NCBI GenBank assembly: GCA_964596615.1
Contig: CAZQUN010000001.1
Location: forward strand, 66,786 to 130,785
Length of the DNA stretch: 64,000 nucleotides
Direction of reading: 5' to 3'
Origin: an uncultured Candidatus Saccharibacteria bacterium
Lineage (GTDB): Bacteria; Patescibacteriota; Minisyncoccia; Portnoybacterales; UBA2143
Shown here: piece by piece, positions 56,624 through 64,000 of the stretch
Position numbering within the stretch: the first letter of the stretch is position 1
Layout: every line of letters starts with the position of its first letter
Position numbers and translations under genes: made by a program
The notes under the pieces: model-generated
Told to the model about the DNA's origin: nothing
The model's database searches: none
What the model saw: only the letters and a program-made list of their open reading frames with translations

Positions 56624-57120
56624 TAATATATTCTCGGAGCGATAGTGTTTTGGAGATTAATTACCGTTGCTTCTTCGGGCCTGTTGCCGCTTGTTTCGAT
56701 CTTCATAACAATGGTAACTACTTTTCTGGCCGGAGCAGACGGGAAGGTGTAAGCCTGAACATAGAAACTACCCGTTATCTCAACATTACTCGGACTGGTG
56801 ACCTGGCCGTTTCTCAAAAGTTTTTTATTAGTATTATCAAATTGGTAATCAAAGGTCTGGCTATCGGCATTGGTAATATTAAGCGTTGTCAAACCACTGC
56901 CAGCGCCAGTATTAATTGCGCTTGTTCTTAATTCTTTAAACATCGTTTCCGAAAGAAAACGACCGGCTTCCTGGGCATTTTGAATAGCAAATGCCTTTCG
57001 CTGGCCCTTGATAACGGTAGAAGCGATATTACCAACAGTAATGATGATTATACCAAAAGCAGCCATTGCGACAAGCAATTCAACAAGAGTAAATCCTTTG
57101 TTTTTTACTTCCAGTTCCAT
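56623..57120 (-). CDS. Type IV pilin/pseudopilin (prepilin N-terminal cleavage/methylation motif); start trimmed to MELEVKNKGFTL
   Basis: KGFTLVELLVAMAAFGIII matches G/FTLxE. Confidence 0.65.
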   Translation of the reverse strand: MELEVKNKGFTLVELLVAMAAFGIIIITVGNIASTVIKGQRKAFAIQNAQEAGRFLSETMFKELRTSAINTGAGSGLTTLNITNADSQTFDYQFDNTNKKLLRNGQVTSPSNVEITGSFYVQAYTFPSAPARKVVTIVMKIETSGNRPEEATVINLQNTIAPRIY

Positions 57121-57608
57121 AATCTGTTTTCTGTATTTAGATATTGCCAGTCCCCTGTTGGCAAAAGCCATTTAATTTCAATAACAACCTTGACTTCGTT
57201 AGTAGAAACACTTGTTAAACTGACTTTGCGATAAAAGGGGCTGTCATCGCCAGTATCATACTGATAAAGACCACTATTGCTGTCGTACTTGAGAGGAGTC
57301 TCAGAAGAAGATAAGAGCGAAGCGCTGTCATATTGAATCCGGTAATCGCCGGTAGTAACCGAGCTGTACCAATCATCCCATTCAGTTTCTGCTTTTCTCA
57401 TATCCCTGATAACTTCTATCCCTTCCTGGGCTAGACCAGAGGCAATTAGTTTCATCTTGGCAGTACTGGCTCCTTCAAAAGAAGAACTGACTAAACTCAT
57501 AATCCCAACCAAGGCAACCGAGGTAATAAAGACAGCGGTTATTACTCCGATTAAACTAAATCCTTTCTGGTTTTTTCTTTTTTTAGGCATAAAACTATTT
57601 AACTTCAA
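57105..57608 (-). CDS. Minor pilin-like protein (degenerate prepilin N-terminus)
   Basis: KGFSLIGVITAVFITSVAL. Confidence 0.5.
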   Translation of the reverse strand: MKLNSFMPKKRKNQKGFSLIGVITAVFITSVALVGIMSLVSSSFEGASTAKMKLIASGLAQEGIEVIRDMRKAETEWDDWYSSVTTGDYRIQYDSASLLSSSETPLKYDSNSGLYQYDTGDDSPFYRKVSLTSVSTNEVKVVIEIKWLLPTGDWQYLNTENRLWNWK

Positions 57609-58122
57609 TTAAGCCGGCTGTACTAATAACCACCGACTTGGTTAAAGAAGCATCAATAATTTCCAATGTAATGGTTGCTCTCTTGCCAGCTAAGCTTTCT
57701 CCGTCAATATATGTGGTTGGATTGGGCGATTCAAAAAAAACATCAACTTCATTTGATAAAGGAGCGATTTCATTAACTCTAATATTATCGGACAAATTAA
57801 TTGTTTCGATAGTTGTATCGCCTCCCTGATAAGATGAGTCGCCGTTTACATCTCCGTAAATAATATACGAAGTGGCATTATCGGCAACATAGAGACCATA
57901 GCCGTAGTAGTTTCCGGTAATATCAACTCCGCTTAGAGCTTTGTTCTGAGCCTCCCTCAAGTCAGAGGCCAGTTTCTGGGTATCTTGGGAAAGAGTATAA
58001 TTTTTCTGACCAGACCGATAACCAACTAAAACAATTGTCGAAAGCAAACTCAAAATGAACATGACAACAAGAAGCTCAAGCAGGGTTGCTCCGGATTCTT
58101 TTTTCTTTTTATTTCCAAACAT
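57595..58122 (-). CDS. Type IV pilin/pseudopilin (GspH/PilE-like)
   Basis: SGATLLELLVVMFILSLLSTIV prepilin motif. Confidence 0.65.
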   Translation of the reverse strand: MFGNKKKKESGATLLELLVVMFILSLLSTIVLVGYRSGQKNYTLSQDTQKLASDLREAQNKALSGVDITGNYYGYGLYVADNATSYIIYGDVNGDSSYQGGDTTIETINLSDNIRVNEIAPLSNEVDVFFESPNPTTYIDGESLAGKRATITLEIIDASLTKSVVISTAGLIEVK

Positions 58123-58149
58123 CCCTTATATTATACCACACTACTCTAA

Positions 58150-58178
58150 CTTAAAAAACCGCCATCAATTAACGGTTA
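58150..58178 (-). terminator. Hairpin AACCG...CGGTT + U-run downstream of the FN3/PKD gene
   Basis: Seen directly. Confidence 0.4.
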
Positions 58179-58198
58179 AAAAATACTAAAAAATATTT

Positions 58199-59281
58199 TT
58201 AGTGGGGAGTAACTTCTTTCCATTCAGGTAATGGAATCTGAACACCAACAGTCTGTGGGTCGCTTACATTATCGCAACTCAGACCGTCTGAGTCGGTTAC
58301 ATCCAAAGTGACTTCTTTTTCTCCATTAGAAGTAAATTGAACTGTTGGATTTTGGTCGCTGGAACTGGATGGGTCACCATCTTCAAATGTCCAGGACCAA
58401 CTTGATTTAGAAGCCCCACCGTAAACCGTTGATTGATCAGTAAACAAGACATCTTCATCCTGGCTTGGATTCTCCGGCGACCAGGAAAAATCAATTGTCG
58501 GATATTGATGAAGTCCGGTTGTAAATGACGAGCCACTCACCCAGCCGGAATCATCCCCTTCTTCATCGTAGACCTTAACCCGCCAGTAATAGGTGTTATT
58601 GTAGCCAATCTGGTCGGAGCCGGGTGATTCCGCCACGGTTACTGTCTGATTATTAGTTGTCGGGCTTGGATTGGAAAGATCCTCATAATCTCTGTCAACT
58701 TCTGGTGAACCAAAGTCACTATTATCATCCACCTGGAACTCAAATCTCTCCTGGTCATCATCGTCACCGTCAGAATAAGTCCAGGAGAAATAGTGAGAAG
58801 GAGTAGAACAATAATCTCCGCTTGTAACCGAAAGATCGGTCGCAGTCGGGTCGCTTGAACAACTATCACTAACCACAAAAGAACTATCATCTTCGACCCA
58901 TTCACTAATACTGCCGTATTCATCTTCAACCCTTACCCGCCAGTAATAGGTTGCGCCAAAAGACAGGCCTTCTTGATCAACTTCATAGTTTTCATTGCTT
59001 GAATCGACCCAGCCGGTATCTATCTCCGGATCATCAAAATTATCGTCATCGTCAATTTCAACTTCATAATCAGTATGACTAGAAGAACCATCTACAGTCC
59101 ATTCAACCTTTGGGGTTGGATAAGCGCTTGAATAACAAGATGGCTGGTCGACATTGTCGGTACAAAGAGTAAAATCAGTCCCTTCCTCATAAGCCCAGAC
59201 ATAATAGGCGAAATAAAAGCTGCCCGCTATAACAATCAAAAGCAGCATTAAAAACGAATATCTTTCGATAAAACTTCTCAT
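58199..59281 (-). CDS. Secreted highly acidic protein with two FN3-like repeats (YYWRVRV/YYWRVKV) and a C-terminal PKD-like domain
   Basis: N-terminal TM/signal; Asp/Ser-rich; WSWTFEDGD...EVTLDVTDSDG PKD signature. Confidence 0.55.
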   Translation of the reverse strand: MRSFIERYSFLMLLLIVIAGSFYFAYYVWAYEEGTDFTLCTDNVDQPSCYSSAYPTPKVEWTVDGSSSHTDYEVEIDDDDNFDDPEIDTGWVDSSNENYEVDQEGLSFGATYYWRVRVEDEYGSISEWVEDDSSFVVSDSCSSDPTATDLSVTSGDYCSTPSHYFSWTYSDGDDDDQERFEFQVDDNSDFGSPEVDRDYEDLSNPSPTTNNQTVTVAESPGSDQIGYNNTYYWRVKVYDEEGDDSGWVSGSSFTTGLHQYPTIDFSWSPENPSQDEDVLFTDQSTVYGGASKSSWSWTFEDGDPSSSSDQNPTVQFTSNGEKEVTLDVTDSDGLSCDNVSDPQTVGVQIPLPEWKEVTPH

Positions 59282-59325
59282 TTCCTTTCTATTGTATTAC
59301 TTTTTTAAGCAATTAGCCAAAAAAC

Positions 59326-59334
59326 TTATCCACA
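59326..59334 (+). promoter_or_regulatory. DnaA-box-like 9-mer, 5 nt upstream of the -35 of the FN3/PKD gene promoter (TTGGCT-18-TACAAT)
   Basis: TTATCCACA on the plus strand, 3 nt after the stop of the peptidase gene. Confidence 0.35.
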
Positions 59335-59337
59335 ACC

Positions 59338-60546
59338 TTAATTAGCATTAAGAACCAAATGGAATAATGAACTCTTTAAGATTAGAGTAATAATTACTCC
59401 AATAAACATCCATAAAACAAAAGGAAAGGGTTTGCAGATTTTGATTTTTTCATCCTTCTTTTCCAAAAGCCATTTTTTAACTGATTCGGCCTGGCTTCGA
59501 GTTAATCCCTCTGGATAAATCTGGCTAAGATGTTCTTTGAAAAACTTTTTGTCATTTTTAATTTGATTAATAACGCTCTCGTCCAGATTCATTTTAGGTT
59601 TTAGATTCCTGGTCTCTATTTCTCTTGTTCCGGTTCTTGAAATATGAAAATCAATTAATGAGGTAAATATGGTAAAAACTATCATAAAGATAATCATTAT
59701 CTGAACAGTTTTTTTAAGAGATTGCCAGGTAGCGGTCGGGGAAGTAATAAATCCGTAAATCAGAACAATAATTAGGATAGAAGTAATTACTTTAAGAACA
59801 ATTGGTTTTTTCAGAAAATCAGAAGCAATTCTTCTGAAGATAACAAAGGCAGCGAAAACAAACATTTGAAAAGAAGCAATATCAACTGAAAAATATTTCT
59901 TAATTGGTTCTTGGAAAACAGTAAAAATTAAAACTATGGTTACAAAGGCAAGAAGAATTGTTCCCATGCTTTTAATCTTGTCTTTAATTGCTTTTTTAAC
60001 ATCTGGCTTTTTCTTTTTTTCCCGGCTGATTTCTTTCTTAGATATTTTCAAGTAAATAAATTTAAGAAAATAGAAAAAGGCTTTGATGAGTAAATAGATA
60101 AAAATTGGAATAAAAATATTAACCAAGAGAGAAAAAGAAGGAAAAAGAGGCAGATATGATTTCCAATAATATCCCAAAGGGATAAGAAGGGCATAGACAA
60201 AAAAGAGTTTGGCATCACCAGCAGCCCAAGCCCCGCCCCGCCACATTAAAAAGGCGATTATCAGAGCGATAACGGCATTAAGAAAAACTCTTGATAAATA
60301 GACTAAAGAAACAGTAAGGACCGGGGTTGGCGAATTGGCCGGCTGGTCCAATATTTCAAAATGGAAAAAGTGGGTTACCGGCGAGGCAACAAAATACCAA
60401 ATCAAAAAGAACAGAATAATCCCTAATCCCCAGAAAAGACCGAGAAGAATCCATTTGTTTCTGACCTTGCCATATCTAATATCTTCGTAGGTAGTTATCA
60501 GGCCAAGAAATATGACAAAAGGCAGGAATAGAATATTAAATATCAT
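59338..60546 (-). CDS. A24-family prepilin peptidase-like membrane protein with long C-terminal extension
   Basis: YEDIRYGKVRN (first Asp motif) and AAGDAKLF (GGGDxKL-type second Asp motif); 8-10 TM. Confidence 0.55.
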   Translation of the reverse strand: MIFNILFLPFVIFLGLITTYEDIRYGKVRNKWILLGLFWGLGIILFFLIWYFVASPVTHFFHFEILDQPANSPTPVLTVSLVYLSRVFLNAVIALIIAFLMWRGGAWAAGDAKLFFVYALLIPLGYYWKSYLPLFPSFSLLVNIFIPIFIYLLIKAFFYFLKFIYLKISKKEISREKKKKPDVKKAIKDKIKSMGTILLAFVTIVLIFTVFQEPIKKYFSVDIASFQMFVFAAFVIFRRIASDFLKKPIVLKVITSILIIVLIYGFITSPTATWQSLKKTVQIMIIFMIVFTIFTSLIDFHISRTGTREIETRNLKPKMNLDESVINQIKNDKKFFKEHLSQIYPEGLTRSQAESVKKWLLEKKDEKIKICKPFPFVLWMFIGVIITLILKSSLFHLVLNAN

Positions 60547-61463
60547 TTCTCTTTAATCCCAATAATGGGATGGTAAAAATCTTTTGTTTCCTGGATAATT
60601 AAATCTTTTTTAATTGGCTTGAACTCTTTACTTTTATCAGGATAATCCCGATGAATACCAAGACAATATTTCTTGTATTGGCATTTTTTGCAGGTTGAAA
60701 TAAACATGATTTCCTTTTCCGGCAGGGTTCGCCAGACAAAGGGCCAGAACTTAGGTTCAAGAGTACAAAGAGGAAAATGATAGAGTCGAAGTTCTTTTAA
60801 GTCAGAAAAGAATGGCTCAATTTTATTTAAATAGGGCCTAATTTTTGAATAGGAAATCATAACCTTATCTAGATTCTTCTCTGCCTGGCCTTCTGTCTCA
60901 AGGTAAATAACAATGACCCTATCTGTGGAAGGAAATTTAGAATTGATAAGATTGAGTGTTTGATCAATGTATTTGGCTGAAAGTTTACTTAGAACTGTTC
61001 TAATTTCTATTGTCTGGTTTTCCTTCAGATCTAAAATATTTTCTAATCCTTTAACCATTTGGGTAAAGCTATTTTTTGTCTGAGTAATACTATCGTGAAC
61101 TTTTTCATTTGGACCACATAAAGAAACAGCAATATTTAAATTATCAGCGCTCATAATCTCTTTAGCAAAGTCCCGGTAACAAAAACGCCGGCCGTTGGTT
61201 AAAAGTCTTAATTCATGCTTAGGAAAATTTTTCCTGACAAATCGAAAGATATCCAGAAAATGAGGATGAAGAGTTGGTTCGCCGCCGGTTAAAATAACCG
61301 GCTCATTGGGACCAATCTTTTTCTTAATCTGTTTAATCCTTGAAATTAGAAGATTGTAATCATAGCCTTTGCCAACATGACCACCCTCAGATTCCCAGGG
61401 CAAATCCGGATTGGTGCACATCAGACACTTATTATTACATTTATCCCAAACGCATATATCCAT
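60543..61463 (-). CDS. Small radical SAM enzyme with C-terminal CxxCxxxxxC auxiliary motif (twitch-like)
   Basis: CNNKCLMC; ILTGGEPTL; CKKCQYKKYC. Confidence 0.65.
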   Translation of the reverse strand: MDICVWDKCNNKCLMCTNPDLPWESEGGHVGKGYDYNLLISRIKQIKKKIGPNEPVILTGGEPTLHPHFLDIFRFVRKNFPKHELRLLTNGRRFCYRDFAKEIMSADNLNIAVSLCGPNEKVHDSITQTKNSFTQMVKGLENILDLKENQTIEIRTVLSKLSAKYIDQTLNLINSKFPSTDRVIVIYLETEGQAEKNLDKVMISYSKIRPYLNKIEPFFSDLKELRLYHFPLCTLEPKFWPFVWRTLPEKEIMFISTCKKCQYKKYCLGIHRDYPDKSKEFKPIKKDLIIQETKDFYHPIIGIKEK

Positions 61464-61465
61464 AA

Positions 61466-62383
61466 TTAGACTGGTTTTAATTCCTTATCGCCGTAATGCT
61501 TTAAATACTCCTTCCAAATTCCTTCGCATTGGTTGAATAATTTGCATTGACGGCATTTTTTTGGTTTTATCCGGCCGACTATTTTCCTTGAATTTTCAAC
61601 ATCAAGATTCTTAAAATCAGGAGCGATGTGTTCCGTTTTGAAAGTAGCAACTTCTTGAAGTTCGCTGACCTGATTGAGATAGTCCTGGAAATAACAAAGG
61701 GGGACATAGCGAATATGCCAGTGGGGGATTTTATTTTTTTTTCCGATATCAAGGCATTTTTTAATAGCGGGAGCGGCTTTTGAGATTTGAGGAACTAATT
61801 TATTGAAATTATCATGGGCGGCGCCGTAGCTCGGATCAACAAAGATGAATTCTGAGTTCCTAATGCCCTGATTAAAAATGAATTTTCCAATCTCGGGCAA
61901 ATATTTAAGATTATCCTTGATAATAGTTGTATTAGAGCCGATCTTTTCGAAATTGAGTTTTTTTAAATTGTTTAATCCTTTTTTTAACTGATTAAAACTT
62001 CCTTTTGACTGAGTCAGGTAATCATGGGTTTTGGCATTATGGCCGTGAATAGAAAAAATAATATCTGTTAGGCCGGCCTTAATGATTTTTTGAGCGTATT
62101 TGGGATAAGAAAACATCCGGCCATTAGTTGCCATATTAATCGTTTCAAAGCCTAAATCCTTGGCAAACTTTATCAGTTCAACCGCGTCTTCTCTGATGGT
62201 TGTTTCTCCGCCGATTAATTCGAGATAGGTCGTTCCTCTTTTTCTGGCTCGAATCATTTCCTGTTTAATTTCATTGGTTGTTTTATTGGGTAATTCCCTT
62301 TTATTGGAATCAATACAAAAACGGCAATGATTATTGCACTCATAGCCGATAATAAGCACTGTTTTTTTTATTTTATCCGTCAT
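61466..62383 (-). CDS. Small radical SAM enzyme, paralogue of the preceding gene
   Basis: CNNHCRFC; LIGGETT; CRQCKLFNQC; blocks shared with the 60543..61463 product (TNGR.F.Y; HD..TQ.K.SF.Q..KGL.N). Confidence 0.7.
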   Translation of the reverse strand: MTDKIKKTVLIIGYECNNHCRFCIDSNKRELPNKTTNEIKQEMIRARKRGTTYLELIGGETTIREDAVELIKFAKDLGFETINMATNGRMFSYPKYAQKIIKAGLTDIIFSIHGHNAKTHDYLTQSKGSFNQLKKGLNNLKKLNFEKIGSNTTIIKDNLKYLPEIGKFIFNQGIRNSEFIFVDPSYGAAHDNFNKLVPQISKAAPAIKKCLDIGKKNKIPHWHIRYVPLCYFQDYLNQVSELQEVATFKTEHIAPDFKNLDVENSRKIVGRIKPKKCRQCKLFNQCEGIWKEYLKHYGDKELKPV

Positions 62384-62388
62384 TAAAA

Positions 62389-63381
62389 TTACCTATTCGG
62401 TTTAACTAAAACCGGGATATATTGGTTTTCTTTTTTAACTTTAGTAATTCTTTTCTTGTCTTTGTATATTTCAAAATATTGAGGGGTCATAACCAATCTG
62501 TTACCTTTTTTAATTCCTTTATAGATATTCTCTATATTGTTTAAAAAGTTTTCATCATTTTCCTGATAAAAAACACCTGATTCTATCTTAGATTCAGATT
62601 TATGGTATTTAATCTCTGAATTCTTAAAGTTTCCTTTAAAATTTCCGTAGAGAAGTATTTTATCAACGCAGGTCCAATACAAGGAGGCTGGCTCTTTTAA
62701 ACTCTCTTCTGTGATTTTAACCCTTTCCGGATCCATAACTTTTAATATCTCCAAAATATCATTGACGAACTTGATTGAAGGCCTACATTCTAAATGGCAG
62801 GGGTAATAAGAAAGGAGTGAATATGAAAAAACATTTAGTTGCCAGGCGAAATTCTTTGATCTTTTTAAAGATTCAACTGCTGGATTGGAAAATCCAAAAT
62901 TATTTGGATCACGTTTCTTATCTCCCTTGCTGTTAAGACATAAATAATCCCCGAAATCAAGACAGCATTTGGGATAGCCCATAACTTCTCCGAATTTTCT
63001 GCTGTCACGACTGTCTAAAGTTTTTTTGTAATAAAGATCTACCCCCTCCAGAGCCTTGCTTATATCCTTGGATACGCCTAAAGATATCTTTCCTTTTCTC
63101 TTATCATCCATATCAACCATCTCAAAGATTCCTCTTGGGCTGTTGACAATGAACTTACAATTAGAAACTCCTAATTTAAAGCCTAGTTTTTTACACAACT
63201 GATTAACCCGATTAAGTTTGTTAATAAAGGGCTGGTCATATTTGTCAAAATTAATTAGTTCTCCCATTGTCGGCTTTAGATCATACAAAAGAGCAATCAG
63301 TTCTATGTCAGATAACTGGGCCAAATTGGATATCTCCTGTATTATTCCGTACTCCTTTTTAACTTTTTTTTGGTTAACCAT
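62389..63381 (-). CDS. Hypothetical protein (Cys-containing, 330 aa)
   Basis: ORF only; conserved-looking YPKCCLDFGDYLC / YYPCHLECRP motifs. Confidence 0.3.
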   Translation of the reverse strand: MVNQKKVKKEYGIIQEISNLAQLSDIELIALLYDLKPTMGELINFDKYDQPFINKLNRVNQLCKKLGFKLGVSNCKFIVNSPRGIFEMVDMDDKRKGKISLGVSKDISKALEGVDLYYKKTLDSRDSRKFGEVMGYPKCCLDFGDYLCLNSKGDKKRDPNNFGFSNPAVESLKRSKNFAWQLNVFSYSLLSYYPCHLECRPSIKFVNDILEILKVMDPERVKITEESLKEPASLYWTCVDKILLYGNFKGNFKNSEIKYHKSESKIESGVFYQENDENFLNNIENIYKGIKKGNRLVMTPQYFEIYKDKKRITKVKKENQYIPVLVKPNR

Positions 63382-63385
63382 TTAA

Positions 63386-64000
63386 TTAGATATCTGTTAT
63401 CTGCCGAACCGTTAAAGCAATTATGTCTTTGCTTTTCTCGTTTAGAATAATGGAAACACTATCTCCTATTTTTAAATCCGAATACTTATTTTTTTTCTGA
63501 GAGATTATTTTATTGGGAGGAGATATCTCCATAACAACAAATTTCGTTTTACTGGTAAGCAAAACCTTCTCAATCCCTATTTCTGTCTTTATTAAAATAG
63601 AGGTCTTGTTCCTTTTGGCAACAGCGCCGTCTAAGATATTGCCCGAAACAGCGCTTTTTTGTTTTTTCTCTACTTTTTCTTTGTTTGTTTTTTTCATTTT
63701 TTTCTTATAAGAAGCAATTTTAGCATTAGCCCCTTCTAAAAAGAAGAGTAAATGCAAAAAAGGTTCATTTGATTTATTATCTTTAAAGTGAATTTCGTCT
63801 CCAAAACTTGGCTCAATCATTCCAAGATTTTTAAGCTGGGATATGTTTTCTTTAAATTTTTTTAAAAAACTTAAACCAAAGTTACTTCTAAAATCCCTTC
63901 TTGAAATATATCCGTCAATAATCATTTTCTTGCTTATATAGTATAACATCTGCGATATCTTATTATTAGGCGTTCCTTCGTAAAAAACCTTGAACCCACC
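63386..64000 (-). CDS. Hypothetical protein, probably extends beyond window end
   Basis: The frame stays open upstream of the annotated Met to position 64000. Confidence 0.3.
   Translation of the reverse strand, partial: GGFKVFYEGTPNNKISQMLYYISKKMIIDGYISRRDFRSNFGLSFLKKFKENISQLKNLGMIEPSFGDEIHFKDNKSNEPFLHLLFFLEGANAKIASYKKKMKKTNKEKVEKKQKSAVSGNILDGAVAKRNKTSILIKTEIGIEKVLLTSKTKFVVMEISPPNKIISQKKNKYSDLKIGDSVSIILNEKSKDIIALTVRQITDI

Noticed and set aside
40824-59334. Replication origin (oriC) suggested by multiple perfect DnaA boxes
   Set aside because: Boxes are spread over 19 kb, one or two per promoter. There is no dnaA/dnaN gene, no tight cluster with an AT-rich unwinding element, and no strand switch of gene orientation.

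Overview
AT-rich (~33% GC) bacterial window with very high coding density; nearly every gene is on the minus strand.

- 1-35 kb: one uninterrupted glycan-biosynthesis supercluster. It holds at least 10 glycosyltransferases (GT2, GT4, GT9, GT-C/ArnT-like), three cobalamin-binding radical SAM enzymes, two SPASM radical SAM enzymes, six SAM-methyltransferase-fold proteins (five confident), an AsnB-type amidotransferase, a NodB deacetylase, an SDR epimerase, a HAD hydrolase and flippase-like membrane proteins.
- 35-45 kb: an O-antigen-ligase-like/TPR fusion, a TPR protein and three secreted Ser/Thr/Gly-rich surface proteins, including a 1207-aa giant.
- 45-48 kb: an ECF sigma factor with a putative anti-sigma partner, a decamer repeat array in the sigma promoter, two minus-strand tRNAs (one with an anomalous 19-nt variable region), a hotdog thioesterase and purN.
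- 48-53 kb: a GC-rich, His-rich mini-gene, an XRE/ImmA pair, a PD-(D/E)xK nuclease-like protein and an Excalibur protein.
- 53-54 kb: a GC-enriched non-coding island carrying two tandem sRNA candidates, each with its own promoter and terminator, plus a 54-aa zinc-ribbon gene missing from the ORF track.
- 54-64 kb: a type IV pilus-like module (four prepilin-like genes, an A24 prepilin peptidase, an acidic FN3/PKD secreted protein, a trypsin-like protease) followed by two paralogous small radical SAM enzymes.

Perfect DnaA-box 9-mers (TTATCCACA) occur seven times, all in intergenic promoter regions. The organism looks CPR/Patescibacteria-like; this is inference only. Several ORF-track entries are rejected as antisense or nested artefacts.
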